DNA from: Lingula anatina
Lineage: Eukaryota; Animalia; Brachiopoda
Length of the DNA: 64,000 nt
Assembly: GCA_051362555.1 (NCBI GenBank)
Contig: CM120640.1
Coordinates: 39,844,788 to 39,908,787 of the forward strand
Direction of reading: 5' to 3'
How positions within the stretch are numbered: the stretch's first letter is position 1; every line of letters begins with the position of its first letter. The notes under the pieces were generated by a model, which saw only the letters and a list, made by a program, of their open reading frames with translations, made no database searches and was not told where the DNA came from. The position numbers and the translations under genes are program-made. Below, one piece after another: positions 27,001-40,100 of this stretch.

Positions 27001-30000
27001 TAGATTCAGCCTCAGAAATGTGATAACACTGCTCCTGTTTTCACAACAGTTTATCTGTCTCAATGATGATGATAATGGCATTTTGTTTCTATTCATATCC
27101 ATATTATAACATTTTACAAATGCAGAAATACCTAACCCTGTCTGGACTGGAGAATTACCCTGCTGAAGACGAAATAAGCAGATGGCATCAGATTTTAACA
27201 ATAATTCAAGCAAACAGCCTTGATTACTTCACCTCCTACAATCACACATTCCTTTTAGATATTTTGTACCTATTAGAAAACAATAAAAACACACATCTTT
27301 CAATAAATCTTCTTAAAACTTAAGACCATCATTTGAAATTCTTACATCCAATGACAGCACTTTATAATACAGCATTCTCAGGTACAGACCTAAAACTTAT
27401 TTTCAAAGTCAACCCTCAACTTCCTGCAGAGAAGCCAGACAGAGGACTGCAAATGAAAAACTGCAAGTCTGAATTTCGCTAAAAAACACACAAATCAATC
27501 TTATTTGTTCACGCCTTGAAAATAAAATCTCCTAGGAAGCAAAAATCTATCATCAATTTCGCAATAGACACTGTTGTTTTGAAAGAAGCCAAAAACTAAT
27601 GGAACTAGGGAGGTGATACCTGCAAACAAGTCTCAGTATTGGCTGTGCATCAAAACCAATATCTCAAATACAGAACTGAAATCCATTACCAATTCTGACA
27701 TTTGTGCCATCTTCAAATTATACATTAATGTTAAATGTTAAAATATTTCACATTTGACGTTTTTAAAATCTTCTCTTAGCAACTGTAGAGCCACACTGAG
27801 TTTCAAATTATCTGGATGAGATCGTGATTTTGAAGTTAATGAGACGTATAAAGAGTAAGCCACAAAGAACTTTTTTTATGAAAGACTCTATGCAATTCTA
27901 CACATTTCACACAAAATGATGTGAATAGCAACCAAATATTTCCCTGCAACATTTTTTTACAAATACCAATTATCATATCCATCACATCAACCTAAAAAGA
28001 CCATCTATCCACCAATTTTGTTAAATAAACCAACAGAGTCTTACCTGGGAAATGTTTCTGCACCACCCTCTGAGCTACATCAAACACATTGCTGTTCAGA
28101 CTACTGTCTTCCTCATGCTGGAACCAGTACACCTTCTCTGGGATCACTTTGCCATTCCACTCCAGAACCAGTGGCAGCCTGGAAGATAAATAACAAACCA
28201 TACAATACTTGTGCCATTGGCAGAAAATGCATGCGTTATAATTATGTGGCAAACCTAAAGAGATGTTATGGCTGTAATACTATCGGGGTGGCAGTAATTT
28301 GCAGTGTTTCTCTCCTTTTTTTAATGAGAAACCTGAAGACATTTCTATGATGGATAAAAGCTTCGGTCTTCCTAAGTGAGCTCTTTTAACATGTGGTAAT
28401 AGACAGCTGACGCGCCAGCAGATTGCCAATGCTGGAGACAAACAATTGATACAAATTACTCCCACTCTCAATGAGCAATCAACAGAAAGGCCATTCATAT
28501 TGTGAGATTTAAGCAGAGCCAATAAATTTAACAACTTCAGAAGTCAAAAAACCAGTTTAACTCCAGGGTTGAAAAATAGGGAAAAACTATCTGCCAATTA
28601 TCGACTAAAAAGATATCTACAATAAAACTGCTTCCAGTAATGCTGCTGAAGAAGCGTTCAGATTGATTTTTCACATAATTCCCAGTGTTAAAATCTAATG
28701 ACAAAACTGGTTATTTGTGACCATTTTATAGAGCAGAATTAGAAAAATACTTCTTTCTCAAAGAGAACTGTAGAACCATAAAACTTGAATATTATACTTA
28801 CTTATATGTACATAAAATGTTTGCTTGGATAACCAATAAACTCCTAACAAGCGACTGATTGTTTGAAAGAGAAAATGTCAGTCTTTGTGGAAATTACTGT
28901 TGGCATTATCAAATTTTCCCAATATCAGCCTGCCACTCACTGCTTTTTATATACTTATATGATATGCTTTCCAAAGACCTGAAGGCAAAGCTCACAGTGG
29001 GGTTAGAATCATTGATTAAAACCACAGCAAGTCCACCATCCTTTTTAGATAATGCATTTACTGTAAGATATTAAGATCTTGGGAAGCCATCAGTTCCAAT
29101 GGTTGTAGTCTATTATAGATTGGTAGGCAGTTCACTACTAGGCAGGCTCTGTATACAACTGTCATGTGTATCATAAATGAGGACGGCTAACATAAACCAG
29201 CAAAGCAAATGCAGTCACGATACATGATAATAAAAATGATGATACTATAATTATTATATATGTGCCTTTTGTATTTCCTACCCAAGATATTCAAATGACA
29301 TTAATAGTTTAAGTGAAAAAAAAGATGATAAGCAGAAGTATCAGCTTAGAAGTACATAGGAGGAGGGGGGAAAGCACTGATTGCAATAATTAAAGCTAAA
29401 AAAAAAAAGAAAAAAAAAGAAGAAAGACTAGACAAAATTGTCAAGAAGAGGCTAATGTCTATAATATGACATATAAGCTTACAAATAATATAAAATAAAT
29501 GTTCTGTCTGTAGTCAATTATGGTAATTTTGCCTTTTTCAAAATAAATTGTAAGATATACAGAAAGAGTTAGCAGAATAGAGTGAAATGGCATGACAGTG
29601 GGTGAAAAAATAAACAAAGACAACATTAACAAATGCAACAATAGATCTAACCATAAAAAACAATTCACATACTGAGCAGGAAATTTGCAAAAGAGCAATG
29701 ATGCAAAAAAAAAAATAACAATCAATGCACAGATCTAACAAGCTCGTAAAACAACAATTTCCTTATCATCATACTGTGCAACTCTATTCTACTTTCTAGA
29801 AAAAATACCATGAATTGATGGCATAACTTTCAATCAATACCTCGAGAGGAAGGACATTTCCAGGTGTATGATACACTAAAATATTAGGTATATCATATTC
29901 TTACATCTTTATTTCCTAAATTGCAACCTTCGGTGCACTTTACACTGTATTCTGTGTATTTGCCTATTCCTTGAATTTCAAATCCTAGAGAAGTACACAA

Positions 30001-33000
30001 CCTTTGCTGCAATTAATCATTTTTTCTAGAGTGGCCATATTTTAACCTGTACTATATGACAAATTTCTTACCCCAGGATATAAAGTGTCAATTCAGCATG
30101 AATGCTGAGATAAAGAAATGGATCCTAATGTGTCAATTATGGTTGAGGTAATTATAAGCATACATGTGAAACGTATCCAGCTTTCATGCAAAAGACCTGG
30201 ATCAAACAATTTTCCATTAACAGAGGTATCATCATCATCATCATCATCATCATTATTTTTATCATTATCACTCATCATAATTACTATTATTATCATTATT
30301 CTTATTATTATCATCATTATCATTTTATTGCTTTAAGCTAGATTTTCTTTCCAAATGCAACTAATATTCATGGTTACTGGTCAAACAACTTAATCACGTA
30401 CACGTATTTAAATTAACTCAACTGATTTTGTGCTGCAAAGAATGTTCATAAAAAATCAAGGTTTTCATCAAAAAAAAAAAAAAAAGGAATTTATGTAATA
30501 GCTTAAGATTGCCCATTGATACTGAATATCAATAGACATATAATTATATAATTGTTTCATATAAAATATTTTATACCCGATATCATAATGTCTGTTGTCA
30601 ACATCTTCCACATGGAGATATGCAACTTGAAGACAGAACTCATGAAAAAATCCATTCAAAATGAAGTTCATGGTATATCTGATTTCAAAATAGGTCAATG
30701 ATCTTTGATATCATCTGGTTGACAATATGTCTAAAACCCAAGGCATCAGAAAACAGCAACTACCATCAAGAGGATCCAATAAATAATCAATTAATAAAAA
30801 TTGTTTAAGCTTCTTAACATATTTATTTCAATGGGTCAGTAGAAGAGGCAATATATTCACTTGATCAATAATGACAACACCAAATATCAGTGGCACTTCA
30901 GTAAATACCAATGAACACCCCAGAATCAATAGTGAAAATCTTATTTCTGCAATGATTTGATGGCAATTTTAGCCAGCAAACTTTACAGATTTAGGTCAAT
31001 TCAAACAGATAATTATGGTTTCCAAATGTCACAATGTGAGATAGGCAAGTGTGTCCCTTGAAAAAAAAAAACATTAGCATTCTTACATGCAATATTCCCC
31101 TATTTAAAACTGAAGTCTTGGGGTACATTTTGATAAAATTCACAGCCTAAATCACCATCAACACTGTAAACTTCCCAAAATGTTTTTAAAGAGAGAACTG
31201 ACACATTTGTAAGCCAGAACCAATTATCCAAATCTATCAAACAGCCCAGTCATGTACACATGTTGCACACCGAAAGAATCGTTTAAAAAAACTCTTAAAT
31301 TTACTTCAGCAATTCATGAACAGAGATAGTTGATCATTCCTAGTCCCCAAACGTTAACAGACTGATAATCATGCTTACATGAATTGAATAAAAGACACCT
31401 CACTCAGTAAACAAAGCACATTAAAAGACCCTAGAGGACTACAGAATTCTTCAAGAGTCTGTATCAATTAACCAAACTACCTATGAACTGATGTTCCCTG
31501 TTTAAGAGGGTCTCCTCTTTTAGTCTACACCAAATATCAAACATCGTGGTTTTAATAAAAAAAAATGTAAAAGAGATTGCATGCTACATGTACAAAACAA
31601 CATGATATTAATAATAAGAATAGTCCTAAAGAATCAGTCAGCTGAGAGTTCCCATATAATATATTTTGATTTCACTAAAAACAGTGAATACCACTAGTAT
31701 AACTACACCAAATGACATTATATTGTTTTTTATCATTCACTAGGCTGATAAAAAAAAATGGAAAACTGTCATGATAAGGAAAGCAAAAGTTCCCCATATA
31801 AATATGCTTCAAGAGTGTCAATACCTACATTTATTTAACAAGTTAATGTGAACAATATCAAACAACTGATGGATCAAACCATCAGTCTATGAATCAATCA
31901 ATAAAATTTTCTTGGCACTCAGAATCTGTTAAGCTGCAACAAGCTTGCAAACACTGGTTATTAAAAGAAGTGTGATTTTGGTTCTTGTAGATGTGTATAT
32001 CTCTTTCACCTATCACAAGACTCAGCTACCACATTTTAAAGTAGGCCTGTTAAAGTCCCTTAACAACAAAAAGGCACAAGAAATGATAGGCAGAAACATA
32101 GTACAAGTGCTTCATAGCAATCAATCAATGGAACCTAAGTTAGCAAAATGAGTTTTTCATACACACAAAAAATAAAGAAAATATGTAGTAAGGCCTTTAT
32201 AGAAGTTAATTTCAAGTATCGGTCTGTTTAGAATTACAATCACAAGAGTTCTTTGTAAGAAAGCACTTACACTTCTGGCAAGTTGTTGTACTCTTTCCCA
32301 TCCCAAAAATGCTTGAATCCACATTGACATCTACTGGAGGCCCCCGCCTGGGTTGTGGTACGGTCACCATTCTGATACGCCACTGAGCCATCACCATTTA
32401 ATGTGCGAAGTGTAGTCCTGAACAACACAAACTGATCATATCTGCTTACAGGTCATACTGTACAGCTGATCTTAACTTATATAGATATTATATCCTTTAT
32501 TGTTCTCTATCGCACTGCTTTGGACTGCACTATTCTATTCTATTGTATTCTATTTTAACTGATACCATAACTACCCTATGTAACAAGCTCCTTTCCTTTT
32601 TTTTTAAATCATAAACAAAAATTTTTTTTTTTTAATAACGAAGCACAACGCAGTTAGTTCCATATAATGATAATAATAACAAAGTTTGTTTCCTACAATT
32701 CCTTACCCCCTACACCAGCCACATTGAGACAAGCCACTTTGTTCCATATCAGGTACTAGGATATCTTTCTCCCCATCATAGACACACATCAAACCTGAAG
32801 CAAGATAAACAAAATGTACGTATCTTTATTTCTCATAAATATATATATAGGCCCATGATGAAAAAAAAAATATTGGCACAATTTGTCAAGTCATAAGAAT
32901 TCAGCTTTGAAATGCAGGATGTCATAAATAAAAGATAATATATTTAGTGAAATACAATACACAGACAGACAGTGTTCTATTAACCGGAAAAAGGTTTTTG

Positions 33001-36000
33001 TTTTTGTTTTCACAATTACATTAGCCAGATATGTGAATATCTACAATCTGTTTGCATGAGATTAATTCCAGTCATCCTGAACTGATGTTTGTGGAAAAAA
33101 GTAGCATGACTCAGGCAATTACTGTCTTTCTCTTCATCATTTGTCAATTCATAATTCAGGTGAAAAGCACCGACAAGAATTTCAAATGAGTATGTTCTGG
33201 TGGTTTAAAAAACTGTCACACTTCAGGGTGTAATGGCTTTAAGAATGAATCCATTTTCAAGCACCTGCACACAAACACGTTATATGTCACGGAGAGGAAA
33301 ATTAAAAGGTTAAAATGTCTCTCTGGTCTATTGTTTAATCTTAAATGTGACCAAGACTGACTGTAATTTACAAAATTATTTAAGACAAACTCCAATACAT
33401 TTTTAACCAAAGCAAGTTTTATGAAATGTCTGATTACGAACAAGAAGCACTGAAAATTTAAGAAAATCAATTTACAGCCAAAATTATTCATTCACAAATG
33501 TTTTTTTCACTCAACCCTAAGTCTAGAGAATGAACTCCCAGTACTATGAATTTTTCATACCTTTCATAGGAAAGCTGTACTTTTTCCCTGGCACCAGGGA
33601 CCCAGGTGCTGAAGCTGCCACCTCATACAGACTGCCTCCCTTTACAAACCACTCAGAAAGCAGGCGGAATTCACAAATGGCGTCACATGTCAAACAGCGA
33701 AAGAGTCTCTTCTCTGCCACTGCTTTCTGGGTATTCTCAATAACAACCTCGGGGTGAATCCCAACAATTCCTAGAAATTCATCATTGAAAAAGCATTGTC
33801 AATACATATTCAAATTACAGATCTGCATAGAATACCTATCAGACATTTATGGTTTAAAGAAGTCCACAACTTCAACCTAATGGGCTGATGTAATTCACTG
33901 AAAATACATATATCTGTCTAATGCAAACATTCTCATATGAAAAAGGCATTCAAATGGAATTTCAGCCAATGTTGACTTTTATTTGTTTGTTTGAATTTCT
34001 TTAGCTAAAAGTTCTCTCCTTCAACAAACTTAGACCACAATTATATCATGATGACCACATCACATATCATAATCAACATAATACAATTCATTTTGTAACC
34101 ACAAATAAATCATCTGGTCCTGCACATGTGGCTAAATTACCTGTTGCCTTGTAACAATATTGGTGCATGTCAGTTACCAGTCCTGGGTGTACTTCATACT
34201 TGTTTATGAAAACTGCATCCATGGCAGATACCAGGCGATGAATGTACCTGTCCTGGAACAAGTACAGAAAAATTAAAATGAATTTCCTCATAAATCTTGT
34301 TTACGAATTTCTGTCACGAAATGTAACTGAATCTATGCCCAATTTATTTTTCACTTGCTGATTATGTGTTCAATCTTTCTAATGCACATAATAAAGCTAC
34401 CCAATTTTTATTAATGAACACAGCAACCCCCCCCCCCAAAAAAAAAAAAGAAAAAAAAAAAGAGAGGAGCAATCATTCCTAACCACTCACAGGCAGACAC
34501 TTCTCCCCACCCAGGACACATTTGTCCTCACTGTCAAACTGGATATAGGTATCTAACAGCTGGTTAGGCATTCCCCAGACTTTTGGGATAATCCATCTTG
34601 CTAGCCGAGGCAGGGGTTTACCTGACAGGAAGTAGAGGAATAGGGCAATTAGATGTCAATATAAGAGAATACATTATTTATTCAAAGTCATGTCTTAATT
34701 TAAAGAATAATAATCATGCACTTACACATAAATAATTGTTTTTGATATTATTATTCTTTCTACTATTAAAGTTTGACTTTCAAACAGATGAAATTATGTC
34801 TACATAACTGTTATCGATTCAAGTGATACACTTTAATTTGCTAGACACACGAAAATTTTATAAGCCACAGAATTAAAATTAGTCCTTGACAAAAAAGCTT
34901 AGCTTTGATTTTTACAGAGAGATGCAAATGGAAAGAGGTTATCAATATAATCAGGTCAACAAAACTGCTAATCTTAAGTATAAAATATCCTCTTGTCAAT
35001 GCCACTGATACTACGCTCTACTTCAAACTTCATAGGAATTAACAGACCTATTTGATTAACAAGACATGGAAATTTTCAAAGTAATAGAACAAGCAATGAA
35101 TTTATACTAGTTATGGTTATCATAGTACCTTTTATCCCAACCAATGGAATGTAATGATTTCTCCCTGAACTGCTCCAGGCTAAACATAGGGGTTTATTCA
35201 GTTGGCCATCTTTTCCTCTACATTTCTCTGGAGGGTTAAAGGCAGGAAGAAACACCCCTGAAATATAAAACAATACAAATTTTGAAGGACAATATACATG
35301 TGCAATTTTGTATTGAGTAATAGATTAGTACAACTGACTACATTTTACAGTTTAGAATGTTATCTGATTTTAATGTCCTCTTCAGGAACAGTTAATATCT
35401 TGACATTCATTGAGTAAGCATTGTTATCAGTTACGATCCGGGGTCATTGTAGCATAGATATGTAGCTATGTACTTATATTTATGTCTAAAAATGTAATTC
35501 ATAAGTACAAGGCAAAGCAGTGACCTATTGTCTAAAAATGTAGTCCATGATAAGTACAAGGCAAAGCAGTGACCTCTTTCCTATTTTCAGAAAGATCATG
35601 AAAACAGAATGAGTACACATAAAAATATGTTGCTTCAAAAGTGAAACTAATGCAGATTTACTAATAATGATGCATCCATTGGACTATTGAGTATCAGTTT
35701 AAAAGACTAAGTAGTTACAAGTTGTAATAGTGCTTAGACTGCATACATATATATCTGCAATCAAATGATGCCCACTGTACCTGAATAGTCACCAGAGCTC
35801 TGCATTCCAGTCATGGAATCTAAAAGTATAATAGGTCTCTTAAGAACATTTGCCAGGCCAAAGATGTGGATATTTCTCAATCCATGTGCCTCTCCATCAG
35901 GGGGTAGGAAATCCGGATCACACTCTTCGATAATCAAGTTCCATTCTGACTGGTCAATGAAGTCTTGAAACAGAGCCTTGTAATTATCAAGCTTTGCAGT

Positions 36001-36636
36001 AAAATGTGTCTTGAGATTTTGGCGCAGGGCATGCCAAAAGAGTTCCCGGCCAATCAGTGCTCTGGATACAGCATGTACTAGGCAGTGTCCATCTCCATCA
36101 GCATGGACAGGTAGAAGGTTTTCGACATCATTGTTCATCTTGCGTATCATTTCCAGAGTGTCAGCCAGGTACTTGGTGCTGCCAGTCCTATCTCTTCCAT
36201 AGCCATATACTTCAATGTGCTCCTGCTCTATCAGGAAAGCTCTATCTCCGAGAATGCTACAGTCAAACACTTCTTTTTGACCCATATCTTTTAATAGCCT
36301 GGCTTCCCCAGTGGCCTTGTCCATGCCGTATGTGGTCAACAAAGGCGAGACAAGCTTACAGTGATAATTGGACAGCCCTAACACCTTCACTGAGTCAGTA
36401 CCCTTCTTTGGGGTGGTATTCTCTACCAGGACATTTTTCAGCATGTTATGTAAGGCAACCTCTGGGTCAGTGACAACCTCGGGATTCTTGATGGTGTTCC
36501 TTTCATGCCTCTGTCCACAGCCTGTGCACTCTATGCTGGTCTCATAGGCAGGAAAGAACAGCCTTGTCTGACATCCTTCATCTGGACAGTAACCAGAGAG
36601 GACCCGGTAGGGTTCTTTGTTGCCCTTTGCTGCCAT
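6224..36636 (-). CDS. VCPIP1: Deubiquitinating protein VCIP135 (OTU family), ~1165 aa, 16 coding exons
   Basis: Exons: 36636-35781, 35257-35129, 34621-34491, 34252-34141, 33770-33561, 32794-32707, 32417-32271, 28178-28045, 18898-18708, 12366-12208, 9949-9827, 8968-8755, 8343-8215, 7618-7428, 7166-6561, 6301-6224. They total 3498 nt, are phase-consistent and GT-AG. Motifs: catalytic DGDGHCLVHAVSRAL and SSGRNHYIPL, CGFKHFWDGKEY, GEFGSE, KTLHKEELNMS, UBL-like IRYGFPPREL...LQHGDRVTVEIL, and an acidic C-terminus EMDST*. Confidence 0.95.
9491..9826. repeat. Degenerate minisatellite, about 9 units of ~37 bp (ACCTGTGGAAGCCTACCTAATACCCTTTTTAAGTGT)
   Basis: Recurring ACCTGTGGA / CCTAATACCC / TTTTTAAG blocks, directly abutting the donor of VCPIP1 exon 9827-9949. 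Confidence 0.9.
11436..11472. repeat. (CA)n microsatellite
   Basis: Direct read. Confidence 0.95.
11731..11945. mobile_element. 215-bp MITE copy 2, inverted relative to copy 1, in a VCPIP1 intron
   Basis: Same length and TIRs; TTA flanks on both sides (3-bp TSD). Shared core, e.g. CCTAACTCCCTGGGGGTTCACGCT versus AGCGTGAACCCCCAGGGAGTTAGG. Confidence 0.8.
15078..15126. repeat. Imperfect (TG)n microsatellite
   Basis: Direct read. Confidence 0.9.
18078..18290. repeat. Highly degenerate tandem repeat (TAGTCTAA...ATAAACAAGTTTG)
   Basis: Four to five recurrences of TAGTCTAA/TAGACTAA followed by ATAAACAA(G/C)(C/T)TTG. Confidence 0.6.
23994..24081. repeat. Compound (CT)n/(CA)n microsatellite
   Basis: Direct read. 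Confidence 0.9.
30228..30325. repeat. (ATC/ATT)n trinucleotide low-complexity tract
   Basis: Direct read; it explains the spurious poly-I/poly-D ORFs here. Confidence 0.9.
35484..35575. repeat. ~45-bp tandem duplication in a VCPIP1 intron
   Basis: GTCTAAAAATGTA...ATAAGTACAAGGCAAAGCAGTGACCT occurs twice. Confidence 0.85.
35781..36636 (-). CDS. VCPIP1: VCPIP1 first coding exon (N-terminal Cys motifs and OTU catalytic Cys region)
   Basis: ORF 35761..36636 MAAKGNKEPYRVLSGYCPDEGCQTRLFFPA...DGDGHCLVHAVSRALIGRELFWHALR...; donor CAG|GTACAG at 35780. Confidence 0.95.
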
Positions 36637-37013
36637 CCTTTAAAAGACAACAGATCTAAATAGTTTTCAACTTGATTTTGAAAAATGAAACAGACTAACA
36701 CTTCGGAGTAAAATCGTCTTATATGACACTAGTATAAGTAAAATTAGTCTTGCTATGCTACACCTCAGCAGGCAGCGAGTAATTTATCTATAAAGTAAAT
36801 TGCACAGTCATTCAGAGTAGCTGGCCTATTCATTCCAGAAAAGTTTCAAATATTTTGAGATAATTTTTTTCTGGGAATTTTCGACAATCACAGGGCAATT
36901 TCCTGTTCTCATGGTCGATATTCTAATTCAAACATGAACTTCATAACAATTTTTATTCTATCGCTTGCTGTGTGTATAACACATAATGAAGTGCAATTAT
37001 ATTTATTTAGTAT

Positions 37014-37138
37014 ACTTACAGGTTTTGTTAATATAGGCAAAAAAAATCCTAAAGTACACTTTCGCTCCGCAGTTTTGTTTCCATTTTGCCTTCCCAGCAT
37101 GCTAGTCTTCGCGCAAGCGCAATCATCAAAGTCGAGCG
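37014..37138. promoter_or_regulatory. Compact bidirectional promoter shared by VCPIP1 (-) and PPP1R2 (+)
   Basis: Local CpG enrichment. Minus-strand donor GTAAGT at 37019-37014 marks a putative VCPIP1 5'UTR exon. YY1-like CCATTTTG at 37081, ZNF143/Staf-like TTCCCAGCATGC at 37091, NRF1-like GCGCAAGCGC at 37111; PPP1R2 ATG at 37139. Confidence 0.7.
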
Positions 37139-40100
37139 ATGGCGACTTCCGAACACAAGCCGATAAGAGGAATTCTAAAGAATTCCACGAGTTTTGACAA
37201 AACTGAACACAGTGGGTGAGTTCAAAATGTTTGTACGCGACATTTGTAATAATTGTTGTATCTTGCAAACCATTATTTTGTGCGACATGACACAGAGCTG
37301 AGTAAAAACGCACTTCAAATTGCGCCCCACTTGGTTCTGTTTAGTGACAAGATTGAACATAGAAGTGGGACACTAAATTGTTCACTAAATACTTGACCTT
37401 GAAACCACTTAGTCTTTTAAAGCAGCCTGGGTTGATTTTCTACTTACTTACACTTTGGAAGGTTCTTGATTTTGGATGCAGGGTGTTCTTCGTCCGATTT
37501 TCGGCAAAGAAACCATAATCTAGATGGTAAAGTTTATGATAACTTTGCAGTGTTACCGAAGACGAAGTTGCAGACGACGATAACTTCAAAGTTTGGTTTT
37601 TCAGTCTACCAAATACGTTTTCTGTTGTTTTGCATACTACGTTTATATAGTCTTTTAGAGAGGGCGAGGGCCTTTCAAGTCTGTTATTGCATATGTACTG
37701 TTAGGGTAGCAAAAGCATTACTAGTAACTGCATTAGTCTAGGATTATTGGCAGTCTGTGCAAGTAATCACATTGATCTGTCAGCTGTTTCTGTATATGTT
37801 GTGGTTTGTGTTACAGTGTATGAACAAAGTTGCTTCTGCTACTTTGCTCACCTGTCACTTTGATTTGTAGGTTGAATTTAATAAATGCCATTAAAAGATA
37901 ATAAAAACCAATATTTTTTTTAATGATAAGGTAGAAAAAGCATCAAGATCACTCAAGCATTCTTTAACTCACCTAAAAAAAGTGGCCCCATATTACATAT
38001 ACAAGTGATTATAGTTTGACAGCTTGTGATTCACACATGAAGCCAGCACTTTATTCCAGGCATTAGAGATTCACAACAGTACCATAACATTAAGAATATT
38101 AGCTAGTAAGTCAATTCCTTCTTGATAATCTAGGCTAGCTCTACATCTGTAGATCCTTACAATATTTTTATCACAATTAGATTTCTCTGCAAAATGAGAT
38201 CACATTGATGTTTTACATGGATATATGACTTGCCATACCGATGGACCACGTAACCCACTTACTTGTTCATCAATCCAATAATATTGGTTTGGTGACTAGC
38301 TTTCTGTTTTCCAAGCTGTCATTAGATACATGTAGGGTCCACATTTTTTAGAAAAAGAACCCCCCTTTTGAAATTGCTGGCTACGTACCGGAGTTTTTTA
38401 ATGCGTCAGTCAGTCCATATGTAGGTAATTGCCAAACTTGGCTGCTTACTATTTCCTGAGACCAACCTGATCATTGAAAAATGTTGAAATTAAACTATTA
38501 TAGTGGATTGATTCTTTATGACATTTTATCACAGACAGATTTTCAATTTTACAAAATGTAAAATGTAGGGTGATAATGTATGTACAAACATAACATGTCA
38601 GTGGGTACAATAGAAAGTAACACATGTTGTATCTGTCTGCGGTGAGTATAACTCTTACGTCATTGGTTAAGATGTATTCTATCAGTGAAATCAACCATCC
38701 GTTTTTCATTGCACATTACGTGGGTCATTTGTTATACACCTGTCTTTCTCTACCTGATATAATTGATTTCTTTTTTCATTACCGCAATGCGATAGGGGTT
38801 TTATTGGCTAGTATTGGTTTTGTTTAAAAGTGTTGGTCTTTTGTTCCCATTCTGTCTGGGTCAGCGAGTAACTTCAGCTCCTTTTCCCCAAATTCTTTAT
38901 GCCTACACTCTCTACCAGAAGTCTTTATAAGCTTTAGAGGAGAGATTTCACTTCAAAGCAAATAGAACATTTTGGTTAGCATATTGCATGTCACCATGGG
39001 GTTACCAGCCTCTTTGAAGCCAGTTTGCCTTCACTCTCCATTAAAAATAAATGTTATTTACTTTTTTATGGTGGGGTCACTGTTGTTGAATATATGCGAT
39101 AATTTTGCTCCCCACGCTTTGTTTACCTGGCTGCATGCATATTTGAGAAATACGCTTGGGATTATTATTAATCTGAGTTTTGTATTCAATTCATTTTGAA
39201 ACCCAGCGTGAGAAATTCCTTTTTCTTGGTCTTCCTAAAGGTTACCTTGGGATTTACCTGTTATACTCCCTGTGTAAACAAAAGAATGAAAAACTGAAAG
39301 ACTAGACCTTTTTTTATCACTTTGCTCATTGTTGACAAATAAGGATATGATGTTATGCACATAATATAAGTTTAGAAAAGGCCTTTTATTCTTTTTTTAT
39401 AAAAAGATGAATGGATTTTTTCCAGCTTATCAGAAAATCTATCCCAAATGCATGATTTGTTGAATCCAAGATAATATCGAAAGGTTAAGACTAACATTGT
39501 GTCGGTGAAATCAGAATTTAACGTAGATATTTGTTCGTGGTTCAGACATCATTCAGGATGGTATTGATTTTGTGCTTTTCTTTATGGTGGTGACTTCTGA
39601 AATGCTATCAATATTTGTATGGTGTATTTGACTCTGTGTTTACTGCTGCAGTCTCTGAAACCCACCCTTCAGTTTAGTAAGACCCTTTTGTTAAGAAAAA
39701 AGAGTTTATACTTAATCAAAATAATCAATTATATGGCCTTTCAAATTATTGGAAATGTGACTTTACTCTCTTTAAGGCAGCCTTCATTGTTAAGTGAAAC
39801 ACTTGTTATGCTTATATAATCAGTCCATTTGGAAATTTGAATTGTTCAGATTTCACTGTTACAGTTATTGTGATCGACTTTGCACCCTATAATTCACTGC
39901 TTAATGCACTGCCTGCAATTACATTGGAGAGTTTCAATTCTACATTTGATTTTTATGATTATATTTTTTTGACTTCACTGATGGAGAAAAGGTTTTTATT
40001 GGTCTCAAGCAAATATGTTTTCTGTTCTCTGTTTTTATGCAATGCATGATGTATCGCTTTAAGTCATTTGTGTAAATTGACCAAGGAACTCCGTGAATTG

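Noticed and set aside
27132-27162. Possible VCPIP1 micro-exon, and a CTAACCCT telomerase-template-like string
   Set aside because: It introduces a stop in the required phase, and the 8-nt match is expected by chance with no supporting structure.
30093-30336. ORFs with poly-D/poly-I/poly-S
   Set aside because: Artefacts of the (ATC/ATT)n tract.
36011-36473. Plus-strand ORFs antisense to VCPIP1 exon 1 (likewise at 12213-12475 and 54389-55955)
   Set aside because: Shadow ORFs of real coding exons.
36909-37313. 134-aa and 87-aa ORFs over the promoter
   Set aside because: They overlap the bidirectional promoter and PPP1R2 exon 1 in other frames and have no recognisable domain.
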